From positions 62,001 through 126,000 of the IMG/VR virus record IMGVR_UViG_3300028840_008185: a DNA stretch of 64,000 bases; one strand, written 5' to 3'. Both the position numbers and the translations under genes were made by a program. Shown here one piece after another: positions 1 to 8,894 of this stretch (positions are counted from its first letter, which is position 1; the number at the start of each line of letters is the position of its first letter). The notes under the pieces are model-generated. The model saw only the letters and a program-made list of their open reading frames with translations. It searched no databases and was not told the origin of the DNA.

Positions 1-916
1 AGAGCTTTATCTTTCCTAAGAACTGGTGGTTGGATGCGCGAGTCTCAAACAACAGCTTCGTAATCCACTGCCCAGTCGGGCTCTTGGGATCTATCCAGTC
101 TAATTCCGCATTCAATTTCTTATACTGGTCATCAATAGCACTTCCCTTACCTAGCACAGATGCAACATTTTTGGCGTCCAAGAAGGTGTCCAAAGTGTCA
201 TGTTTCTCCATGATCTTGTCTATGGTATCCAACCTTAGGGATGCCGGGTCAATCTTGTGTGGAAGCACATGAGGAATAAGGCTATAGAACTGACTGGTTA
301 GTTGGTCATATTCGCTGGAACCAGACTTAGTTTTGGCATTAACTCTGGATTTACAATCATCCAGAACCGCTCGTCCCTTATCAATCTGCTCTTTCGTCAA
401 TTGTCCAAGGGGACACTTCAGCGTCATTGTGATAAACTGGCCGGTTGTCCCAAACCAACCAGACACCATGCGGACCACTTCTGGGTGCAAAGATGAGCTG
501 CCATCAGCTTGCTTGATCTTTCCCTTAACTTTAAGCCCCGTCATGGGCTTCTTGATTTCCTTGGCTCCCTGTGAGCCAACATCCGTAATAGCCAGATCCA
601 CTTCTCTATAGGGATTTCTCTTTCTGTCCCTTTTCTTTCTAACTAGCGACTCATAGTCGCTTATACAGGCTGATTCGGATTGATAGTATCTGTGTTCCGT
701 CGTGGGATTTTTGGCTCCAACTCTTCCATACATCGTCATGATTCTGGCCTTACCGTTTGCAGCAACCTGAATCTCAGCATGATAGAACTTGTTATTGTTC
801 TTTGCAACGTCGGTGCAATTCCCTTCCCACCTTTTCGTGACCTTGAAAGTAGATGGAAAGTTGGGCTGCTTGGCATCGCCAGCCTTCCAAGCCTTCACCT
901 TCATAGATGCGCCCAT
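1..916 (-). CDS. PARP1-like ADP-ribosyltransferase, N-terminal 305 aa (WGR + PARP regulatory domain); continues beyond left edge
   Basis: Translated by hand (not in ORF track). ATG at 916 behind AGGAGG, open frame to window edge. WGR-type TDVAKNNNKFYHAEIQ...MYGRVG; regulatory-domain PLGQLTKEQIDKG, LTSQFYSLIPH, IDDQYKKLNAEL. Confidence 0.88.
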   Translation of the reverse strand, partial: MGASMKVKAWKAGDAKQPNFPSTFKVTKRWEGNCTDVAKNNNKFYHAEIQVAANGKARIMTMYGRVGAKNPTTEHRYYQSESACISDYESLVRKKRDRKRNPYREVDLAITDVGSQGAKEIKKPMTGLKVKGKIKQADGSSSLHPEVVRMVSGWFGTTGQFITMTLKCPLGQLTKEQIDKGRAVLDDCKSRVNAKTKSGSSEYDQLTSQFYSLIPHVLPHKIDPASLRLDTIDKIMEKHDTLDTFLDAKNVASVLGKGSAIDDQYKKLNAELDWIDPKSPTGQWITKLLFETRASNHQFLGKIKL

Positions 917-924
917 AGCTCCTC

Positions 925-1197
925 CTATACTAACGCTTTCAAAAATTCAATGTGAGCCTCAAGTCTCTCATGTCTTCTGCTGCCGGGAGCAATTCCCTGT
1001 AGCTTATCAATAGGCTCTTTCTTTTTACCCTTCAATTTCCACCGCTTCTTACCCTCGTTGAACCTAGCTAGCAGCTTATTAAGTTTCTTCTCGCACCTGC
1101 GAATCTCCGTTTTAATTCTGCGAATTCTGTTGCTGGCCTCATTGCGAATCTTCAGCTTGCCAGAACTAGACTTGCCCTTCGTCTTTCCTGCTACCAT
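925..1197 (-). CDS. Basic Lys/Arg-rich hypothetical protein
   Basis: 90 aa ORF, GGAGG RBS, helical and basic. Confidence 0.6.
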   Translation of the reverse strand: MVAGKTKGKSSSGKLKIRNEASNRIRRIKTEIRRCEKKLNKLLARFNEGKKRWKLKGKKKEPIDKLQGIAPGSRRHERLEAHIEFLKALV

Positions 1198-1210
1198 TGT
1201 TTCCCTCCAA

Positions 1211-1245
1211 TAAAAAAGGATACACCAACATCGGTGTATCCTTTT
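1211..1245 (-). terminator. Intrinsic terminator
   Basis: 13-bp inverted repeat AAAAGGATACACC/GGTGTATCCTTTT, followed by a U-run on the minus strand. Confidence 0.8.
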
Positions 1246-1270
1246 AAGGTTTGTATGTATTCGTTTTAGA

Positions 1271-1942
1271 TTATAGGAATTTCCTTATCTCTTCTAAGCC
1301 GACTGCGTAGTTTCCACCTGGAATCAGCATCGAGGAAAAAACCGACATTCTAAGATAAGAGATGCTGTCTACAACACCAACCAGCTCCCCTCTCTCATTG
1401 AACACGCCGCCGCCAGAATTTCCAAAGAATACATCGGCGGTGAATCTGTAAGTCAAGCGTTTGGGCTTTTCCTCCCAAACAAAATTGCTTAGGTTGCCCT
1501 TGGTCACTGTAGATTTAACGCTCATCGGAGTTCCAATGGCCCACACAGTATCTCCTATGTTAGGAGATTTTGTCGCCACTCTAACGTATGGGCCATCGCT
1601 TACCTCTTTCGCATAACCCATTAGTAAGGCTAAATCCTTTTTCTCATCTAACTTAACCACCTTCATCGGTTTGATGGCGCTACTATAGGTAAAAGTAATG
1701 TGTATGGCCTTCTTTCTTTTCTGCATGCTTTTTATCACATGGGCGGAAGTTATTACCATCATATAATCGCCACCCTTGTTCCAAATAATCGTTCCACTGC
1801 CGGAAGATTTTCCGACATTGTTAGTAACGGAAACGCTCGAAAAATACATATCTTCAATTTTTTGATTTACGAAACCAGAACGATTAAAGGTGTAGCAGCT
1901 AGCTAAGAATAGGCAAAGAATAAGTGCTAAGATTTTTTTCAT
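1271..1942 (-). CDS. Trypsin-like (S1) serine protease, probable lipoprotein
   Basis: TSAH (His), DLALL (Asp), GNSGGG (Ser); lipobox-like LASC. Confidence 0.88.
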   Translation of the reverse strand: MKKILALILCLFLASCYTFNRSGFVNQKIEDMYFSSVSVTNNVGKSSGSGTIIWNKGGDYMMVITSAHVIKSMQKRKKAIHITFTYSSAIKPMKVVKLDEKKDLALLMGYAKEVSDGPYVRVATKSPNIGDTVWAIGTPMSVKSTVTKGNLSNFVWEEKPKRLTYRFTADVFFGNSGGGVFNERGELVGVVDSISYLRMSVFSSMLIPGGNYAVGLEEIRKFL

Positions 1943-2355
1943 AGATTTTTAAAGAAACCCTCCTTATCGATTCTCTTAATCCATCGAGCAGCGAATCTGT
2001 CGGCGTACTTTTCTGCCGTCTCGTGGTCATCCCATCGGGGATCGTCTTCCCCGTATTTTTGATGGACATACAAATGTCCAATTTCATGAAGCATAATCTC
2101 AGCAAATCGCCGTGGCATAGTGCCTCTAAAACTAAAATCTAAGTCCACTGGCACATGAATCGTCCAGCCTTCGACATCGCAATAGGCGCACGGCGGATCT
2201 CCACTTTCTTTGCCTTCGGTTTTTGTATAATATTCTCTTAGCTTTTGAGTGCTGCTGTGAACCACAAGCCTAGCCTGTGGATAGGTGTTTGGAAGCCTAT
2301 CAAGAAGGGCTTTATATACTTTTCGTATCCTTTTTCTAGAATGAATATACATCAA
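1939..2355 (-). CDS. HEXXH zinc metallopeptidase-like protein
   Basis: MLHEIGH plus downstream E (HETAEKYAD). Confidence 0.6.
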   Translation of the reverse strand: MMYIHSRKRIRKVYKALLDRLPNTYPQARLVVHSSTQKLREYYTKTEGKESGDPPCAYCDVEGWTIHVPVDLDFSFRGTMPRRFAEIMLHEIGHLYVHQKYGEDDPRWDDHETAEKYADRFAARWIKRIDKEGFFKNL

Positions 2356-2430
2356 CCTCCCTCCCAGCAGAGTCTCCTTTCCATCTAAATGGACAGAAAT
2401 TAGTAGAGAGACATAAGTGGGCGAGAGAAT

Positions 2431-2463
2431 TAATAAAAAGGGCGGGCCGAAGCCCGCCCTTTT
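2431..2463 (-). terminator. Intrinsic terminator after hsp20
   Basis: AAAAGGGCGGGC-TTCG-GCCCGCCCTTTT, UUCG loop, U-tail. Confidence 0.9.
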
Positions 2464-2884
2464 AGTTGGCTCCCTTAATCTTTATTTGTTTGGGGACCGC
2501 TTCTTTCTTTTTGGGAATAGTAATCTTCAATATTCCCTTGTCGTAAGAAGCTGAAATCTTTTCACTATCAGCCGAGGTGGGGAGAGAGAAGGACCGAATA
2601 AATGCCCCGTAGTATCTTTCAGCCCTATAAAAATCACCTTCTTCTTTCTTTTCCAGCTTCTTCTCACCCTCGATGGTCAGCGTATTTTTTTCCACTGTAA
2701 TCTTCACATCTTTGGGGTCAACACCAGGAAGTTCAACATCGACCGCGATTTCTTTTGTATCTTCTCTTACATCTACCGGTGGCCTAAAGAGCCCTTCTCC
2801 AGTAAATTTATCAAAATCCATCAACCTTCTTACTACTTTTTCAGCCGCGCTGATCTCCCAAAAAGGACTCCATCTCATTAACAT
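2462..2884 (-). CDS. hsp20: Small heat-shock protein Hsp20
   Basis: Alpha-crystallin motifs: PPVDV, ELPGVD, ERYYGAFIRSFSLP, ASYDKGILKITIPK. Confidence 0.95.
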   Translation of the reverse strand: MLMRWSPFWEISAAEKVVRRLMDFDKFTGEGLFRPPVDVREDTKEIAVDVELPGVDPKDVKITVEKNTLTIEGEKKLEKKEEGDFYRAERYYGAFIRSFSLPTSADSEKISASYDKGILKITIPKKKEAVPKQIKIKGAN

Positions 2885-2929
2885 CTTAAACCTCCTTTGA
2901 AAAATATCTCAGTTTTCAACACATATACT

Positions 2930-2957
2930 AAGATAATCATTCTGGAGATTCAGTCAA
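2930..2957 (-). promoter_or_regulatory. Sigma70-like promoter upstream of hsp20
   Basis: TTGACT-N16-TATCTT with TG just upstream of -10; AAGGAGG RBS downstream. Confidence 0.5.
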
Positions 2958-2975
2958 GCCCCTTTTGTTGATTTT

Positions 2976-3482
2976 TTACGGCAATCGTCCCTCACGCCTC
3001 CGCTTTTTGTCCGCCCTGCGCTCAGTCCTGAAATGAACAGTAGCTTTCCTGGCCCAAGCGGGCTTGTGACTCATCTTGCTAAGGTAAAGCTCTGCGGCAG
3101 TTTTCAAGATGATTGCTGGGGGCAGCTCCCCAGCCTCCGGTGCTAGCTTAAGCACGCCGCGTTTTTTACTGTGTTCTGGATATTGAATGTGTTCTCTAAT
3201 ATACGCCCTACCCTTGGCCTTAGAGAAATTATCCTCTGGGGAACAAAGGGCAACTGCGTAGTAAAGCTTATCACCAACGCGCGTGCCACCAACAGTCATA
3301 GCACCATCACCCACCTTGAGATGAGCAAAAGTAAACTCATTAGACCAGCAGAGATATTCACGATGTAGCTCGTTCGCAAAATCAAACTCTACCACTGGCT
3401 CCTGCGTAGACTCTTTTTCCTCTTCAGTAAGTCCGTAATGCTCAAACCCGTAGAACAGTGTGTTGAAGTCAGTTTCATGCAT
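2976..3482 (-). CDS. Hypothetical phage-type protein
   Basis: 168 aa coupled ORF; ALCSPEDNFSKAKGR motif. Confidence 0.55.
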   Translation of the reverse strand: MHETDFNTLFYGFEHYGLTEEEKESTQEPVVEFDFANELHREYLCWSNEFTFAHLKVGDGAMTVGGTRVGDKLYYAVALCSPEDNFSKAKGRAYIREHIQYPEHSKKRGVLKLAPEAGELPPAIILKTAAELYLSKMSHKPAWARKATVHFRTERRADKKRRREGRLP

Positions 3483-4005
3483 TTTCTTCTCCTCTTGTTT
3501 TTCTTAGAAATCTCACAAGTTCATCAACGTGGATAGGTTTGAAATCCCAAACATCTACGCCAACATTGACATTCTTTCCTTTGACCTTCCACTTCTCGTG
3601 GACGTGGCCACAGATTATAAAGTCGTAAACATCTAATAGGTGAAGTTCTGGCGAGGTGTGGTTGTATTTCCAACCCACCTCTATTGGCCAATGCGTAAGG
3701 AAACATTTAAACTCAGCCAATTTTAGAGCTATACCATCAACCGCCAAGTCAAAACATTTCCAATGCCGCTTATTGTCGTGATTTCCCTTGACCAGAACAA
3801 CCCTGCCATTCAATCTGTCAATGTATTTATCCGAATGGAATGAGAAATCTCCCAAATGATACACAATATCATCTGGCATTATGACTTCATTCCAGTAGTT
3901 AGACATTTTGACATTCATTTCATGGGCATCACCAAACGGCCTATCGCAGTAGCCTATGATATTTCCGTGACCAAAGTGATGGTCGCTAGTAAACCAAACG
4001 CTCAT
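3475..4005 (-). CDS. Calcineurin-like metallophosphoesterase
   Basis: FTSDHHFGH, HLGDF, KGNHD, CGHVH; start adjusted to MSVW. Confidence 0.9.
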   Translation of the reverse strand: MSVWFTSDHHFGHGNIIGYCDRPFGDAHEMNVKMSNYWNEVIMPDDIVYHLGDFSFHSDKYIDRLNGRVVLVKGNHDNKRHWKCFDLAVDGIALKLAEFKCFLTHWPIEVGWKYNHTSPELHLLDVYDFIICGHVHEKWKVKGKNVNVGVDVWDFKPIHVDELVRFLRKTRGEENA

Positions 4006-4006
4006 A

Positions 4007-4531
4007 TTACCCCGCAAAGAAAGAGATTGTAGAGAGTGCAATTGGCAACGCCATATAGATTATGGCCCCAACCGAAAGCGCCTTAAACAACTTCACAGGG
4101 AGATCCAAGCGCCGCTGAAATCTCCACATATCGCTCTCGTTCGGTTCTCTAAAGAACACAGACACAAAGCCAGTGCAGAAATCGATGAAGTTGAACCAAG
4201 TAAAAGTCAAGAATATAATTGAAGCAACTTTGTTAGTGATTGCAGCAGATAGTATGGCTGCCATGATTATGAACACAGCATTGACTATCTTTGGCATCAC
4301 TGACACCAGCGCCTTATCTTTATCCGTAAGTTCCTTGCTTTCTTCTGTCTTCTCGTATTTCACATGAGCGAAAGTGAATCGCCCAAGCTTCCAAGACGGA
4401 AATGGCCACAGCTTAAACTTCCACTTCCATCCTATATACCTGGTGAGGCCGTGCGATAGTTCGTGGATTGTGTTCTGAAGCAACCAGAACGGGATAAGTA
4501 AAACCAGAAATACTATCCATTTGGTTTCCAT
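4007..4531 (-). CDS. Membrane protein with HEXXH (M50-like peptidase)
   Basis: TIHELSHG inside a hydrophobic segment, several TM helices, NxxD-like NFIDF. Confidence 0.6.
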   Translation of the reverse strand: METKWIVFLVLLIPFWLLQNTIHELSHGLTRYIGWKWKFKLWPFPSWKLGRFTFAHVKYEKTEESKELTDKDKALVSVMPKIVNAVFIIMAAILSAAITNKVASIIFLTFTWFNFIDFCTGFVSVFFREPNESDMWRFQRRLDLPVKLFKALSVGAIIYMALPIALSTISFFAG

Positions 4532-5402
4532 CTTTTAAACTCCTCTCTCAAAATAAGTTGTATATCCGATCTTCCAGGGAAGATGTCGTGAAGCATAATG
4601 TTAATGACATCTATGGCCTGAGGCCCATAATTAAGCCATGGAAATAATTGGTCCACAATTAAGTCTACGATATTTTTGTTGTATCTACTTCTTTCCATTT
4701 TCTTTATTATCATTTTCTATTTGAGGTTTCCTCTCCCAACAAACATGCACGCAATTGATTATACAACATAGGTCTGGCGTGAGCAATAAAAGATGCTGGG
4801 CTTTCAAAGCTCCGATATGACTTCATGAGCCTTGATAAGAGCTGGTAAATTTCTGATGGCATGTCAAAATGGAACCAACTCATATGTTTGTTTTCAATCA
4901 TCCTAATTTCCACAGGCTAAGCTCCATTAGCTCAAAATTCAACCGCCACCTAATCGGATCACGCAGCCCATAATATCTTATAAAGCTGTGCAACTGAATT
5001 TGACGAACTAACAACACCAATGAATCATGAGTCCTTTCTCCATCTTTATACAAAGATGTATTATATACAGCCCGCCTTATTTCCATATATACCAATCTCT
5101 TAGTAACTGATAATGAAGCCACGTATGAAATATATCATACGGATTATAACCGCGATCATAGAACCAGACATTAAACCCAAAAATTGGCTTTATTTCCATT
5201 TGTCTAAAATTAGTTTCCATATCGCTGTTCGCGTCTCCAACAGAGAATTTCTTAACTCATGATGCAACTGCCTTTTGGCCGGGTCAAGATCTCCATTTTT
5301 TCTCCGCAACTTATTAACGAACGTGGGCATAAAGTCTGGGTGGCTGGAATCAAAATCAGTGTCATAAAGCCACGTTCCAAAAGGCTTGACTTTCTTGATC
5401 AA
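4513..5402 (-). CDS. Chain of five coupled microproteins (5190-5402, 5077-5199, 4898-5086, 4710-4913, 4513-4713)
   Basis: Starts MIKK, MEIKP, MEIRR, MEIRM, MIIKK; 5077-5199 (40 aa) found by hand; overlapping junctions. Confidence 0.6.
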
Positions 5403-6454
5403 AATTGAACCCCTGTGCCCATATTAATCGTTAAGCCGCCTGCCGTATCCAGACCAATCTGTGGACTTAGATATAGATTGGTCAGCAACGGCATCGGTTT
5501 GCCCAAGTTGAAGGCAATTGGGGCGAAGGCAAAGTGCCCAGCTCTCCTTTCTATGTTGTATCCTAAACTAAATCTAAACAATCTAAACCAACTATCAACC
5601 TTCGTCTCGCCGTAAGATGATAGTGATATTCCTAAGTCCAAGCCCATAGACAGGATGCTATCCGGTCTTCCTGGGCCTTGAGCAAAGCCATACACATTTC
5701 CGCCCGCAAAGAAGTTGGCATCCAACCTTGGATTGAGCCAGAACATTCTATTTGGAGGCGGAGCTTGCCTATACTGAGATGAAACAAGATTAACCTTGTA
5801 GGTTTTCTTGGACTTCTCAGGCATAGAGTATTCTAAATTATGATGTAATACAAGCTGGCCACTTTCTTTCTTACTTACAGCCGTGACGAGCTTATACTGA
5901 CGCTTATAGACCTCATAACTCCAAGGCTTCTTCTTCGCCGCATTAAACTGAACTTCAGTCAGCGGGGCCAGATTTGTATCTGTGACGAGCTTGATCTGTG
6001 GCTTCTTGGTATAGCCGTGCGTATCAACCAGGCGACCATCATCGCAAGTTTCGGGATTGGGGTTCTCTGGCCCCTCGCTGTCGCTTGCTTCCAGCCTGGA
6101 AACTTTCCTGCCGATTACGCCAACGGTCTTTCCAACCGCCGTGAGCCTTGTGCCAAGCTTCTTAATGTCACCCTCAAGCGCGGCTAGGTCTTCCTTCTTG
6201 AGCATACCCTTGAGATCATTTTCTAGATCATCCTTAGTCGCCCAAGTCGTACTGCTCCTCACGAGACTTTCCGTGAGCTTCTTAAACTGCGTAATATCAT
6301 TTCTTAACTGGGCGTTCTCCTCGGTCAAACTCTTATAGACATAGTATCCTGCGACAATACCTAATGCAACTAAGATGACCAGAACGAAGTTTAGAATTGC
6401 CGAAAATTTGCTACTTCCACTTTTAATAATCACAGTGCCTTCCTCTACAGACAT
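5399..6454 (-). CDS. Membrane-anchored coiled-coil protein with beta-rich C-terminal domain
   Basis: N-terminal TM, heptad region, alternating hydrophobic strands, terminal ...GTGVQF. Confidence 0.6.
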   Translation of the reverse strand: MSVEEGTVIIKSGSSKFSAILNFVLVILVALGIVAGYYVYKSLTEENAQLRNDITQFKKLTESLVRSSTTWATKDDLENDLKGMLKKEDLAALEGDIKKLGTRLTAVGKTVGVIGRKVSRLEASDSEGPENPNPETCDDGRLVDTHGYTKKPQIKLVTDTNLAPLTEVQFNAAKKKPWSYEVYKRQYKLVTAVSKKESGQLVLHHNLEYSMPEKSKKTYKVNLVSSQYRQAPPPNRMFWLNPRLDANFFAGGNVYGFAQGPGRPDSILSMGLDLGISLSSYGETKVDSWFRLFRFSLGYNIERRAGHFAFAPIAFNLGKPMPLLTNLYLSPQIGLDTAGGLTINMGTGVQF

Positions 6455-7710
6455 TTTAATTCCTCTTTTACGAGTTGTATTTTTCCTCTTACCATCATCT
6501 CATAAGCTCGATTTGGATCCAGAATATTGAGGCAATTATTAATCACCCAGAACAAACCTTCAAGAATATCATTCGTAAAAATACAATGCAACGGATTGTT
6601 GAATTCCGGTGCCTGTTGAACATATTTGGTTTCCATCAAAGCTTTTAGATGTCCCCTTTTTGTTCCACTTATTTCCATCCGCTTTCCATAGAGCGCGTAA
6701 AACCTCTTCTTAAAGGAGGCCAAGACCAATTCATATCCATAAGTTTAACTGCTATTGGCCTAAACTCATACTCGCCCAAACCATATCTCATGCGAAATTT
6801 ATTTTTAAGATACAGGGAGCTTAATTCGTATGTTACTTTAATCTCCATTCATTTTCCTCGTAGCCTCTTTCACCTTAGATTTCAAAAACCAAACTGGCGA
6901 TGTATCGAATGTGAAGCCATTTGAGTATCTTAGAGCCACATATGGCAACAAAACTTTCTCAATACCCTTGATTATAAAAGAGCCCCACTCATTATTGTCC
7001 ATATATGTATAACCAGTATTGTCAAGAAGGTGAACACCCTCAAGACCATAAATGAATCTCGCTTTTGCATGCCCGATTTTATTAGCTTCTATCATTTTTC
7101 ACTATCCGGCTGCCATTTCACGAACACCACATCCTTCTTGGCAGGGCACCATTCGGGCCAAGAGCTTTCATCTTCCAGCGCCTCGTCTGGAATCTCTTTG
7201 TGGATTGCCCGGCATAACTCTTTATCATTAAGCCGAGAGCGTAGCACGCAATCAGCACATCCGTAAATTTTAATGAACATTTCTATCCCCTCATGACTAC
7301 TCGTTCAAACCCCGCAAAACTTTCAAGCTCTTCGTAGAGCGACCTCTTGAAAAATACCTTCACGGCGAAGATTGGACTACTCACCGCATTTCTTAATTCA
7401 AATTCAAAACCAGAATCTTCCATTGCCCAGCGTATAGGCGTATGGAATCTTTCATATTTTAAGGGTCTAATAATCATAAGTATGGCCTATTATATCTCCA
7501 ACAGCGAAGGGGCCTATCAATTTGGTGCTTTCCAATTTCCAAAGAGTTAGGATCTAGGATTCTAAGCACATTTGCTATACGACTAGACAGCCCAATCCAT
7601 TCCATATGATAATCAAGCACGGAAGACATATTAAGTTTGAACAATATTCTTTGCCTGATATCGTTGGTTACAACACGCCGCATATTACTCCCAGTTTTCT
7701 CCATCACCAA
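6445..7710 (-). CDS. Run of small hypothetical proteins (6445-6678, 6669-6848, 6838-7095, 7092-7280, 7283-7477, 7474-7710)
   Basis: Coupled ORFs; 6669-6848 MEIKVTY (59 aa) found by hand; 7092 has CxxC/C/C. Confidence 0.55.
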
Positions 7711-8035
7711 CCTCTATCTTGATGTTCTCTGGTTTCATCATTTCTTCTATCTTGGCCTCAAGATCCCTGTGTCCCTGTAGACGAGCCGCAGCTTCAAGCC
7801 TGAGCCAAGATTGAAACTTCTCGCTTTCCACCAAGCGATTGAAAGCTATTTTCTTATTCTGTTCCTTAGACCTTTCGTCGCGGCTGATTCCTTCTGCGCC
7901 TGATGCCGTATGTCTTATTCTGCAAGCGGAGGATGTCTTGTCCCCTTTTTGGCCACCGTGTTTCCCTGCGCGAAAATACTTTATATCTAGATCTTTCTTC
8001 GTTATTGAAAAAAGCAGCTTTTTCTTTTTTGACAT
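7685..8035 (-). CDS. Stand-alone RF-1 domain peptidyl-tRNA hydrolase (GGQ)
   Basis: RAGKHGGQKGDKTSSACRIRH; RSKEQNKKIA; no codon-recognition domain. Confidence 0.85.
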   Translation of the reverse strand: MSKKKKLLFSITKKDLDIKYFRAGKHGGQKGDKTSSACRIRHTASGAEGISRDERSKEQNKKIAFNRLVESEKFQSWLRLEAAARLQGHRDLEAKIEEMMKPENIKIEVGDGENWE

Positions 8036-8260
8036 GTCCCCATCTCAGTTTTGTTGTTTCGTTCGCAAGTTTAATCTTGAAATCGAAAAAGGCAAAATAT
8101 ATGGCGCTGCCCAAGGGGTTGGCAAAGCGATCTACTGAATCTTTGATGTGATCCAAATGAGGCGAAGAAAATATTCGTGTCATAAAGGGCAATGCAATTG
8201 GCTGATCTTCCCAGGCCCAATTCATCCTTGTTGATATTCTCTCGCGCTTAAAGTTTCTGG

Positions 8261-8894
8261 TCAGCATAACTCTTTCCTGAAAGACTCTATTATGTACTCT
8301 CGTATCGGCTGCCCGAGTCCAAATAAGGTGCGCCTCTTAGCCTCCATCTTGAAAGAGTAGCCAACTTGGCGCCTAAATCCCCAATAGAAAACATTACGCC
8401 TGGCATCTCTGTGAATTGGTTTGATCATGTTATTCCTCAAGCTGATCTATCAGGCTCCATTTTAATTCAGTGCGCGTATCTCCACTCAGATGCAATAATT
8501 CTGCTTGGATTCGGGTTCTTATTCCCCACACATCAATGGGCCAGTGCCGCATCTCCCACAGCCATCCAGCTTTCATGTAAGAACGACGGATGTAATCTAC
8601 AAGATGCATATGTCCCACTAGAGATATTGAGCGATGCACAACTTACCTCGACATACGCATGCAGTTTGACATAAGCACGGCCAGATTTACGCTCAAACCA
8701 CTAAGACCGCTTTGAAGCCTATCTACCACTCCTACATGATCTCTTACCACTATATCATAGCACATATAATCTCTAGGTTTTGAAATAATTACACCATTAC
8801 TTATCAGGCATGTTGATATTACAGGCTCGTCAAAAAACTCCCATAAACATTGTCTAAGCCCTTCGGGGCGTTTTAGAGATATTGAGCGATGCAC
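8261..8894 (-). CDS. Three microproteins (8261-8428, 8430-8639, 8643-8894)
   Basis: 8261-8428 MIKPIH found by hand; the other two both start MHRSISL. Confidence 0.5.
8619..8894. repeat. Exact 21-nt direct repeat (8619-8639 and 8874-8894)
   Basis: tagagatattgagcgatgcac occurs twice. Confidence 0.95.

Noticed and set aside
2884-2976. CIRCE or sigma32 control of hsp20
   Set aside because: No TTAGCACTC-N9-GAGTGCTAA and no CCCCAT -10; only a sigma70-like match.
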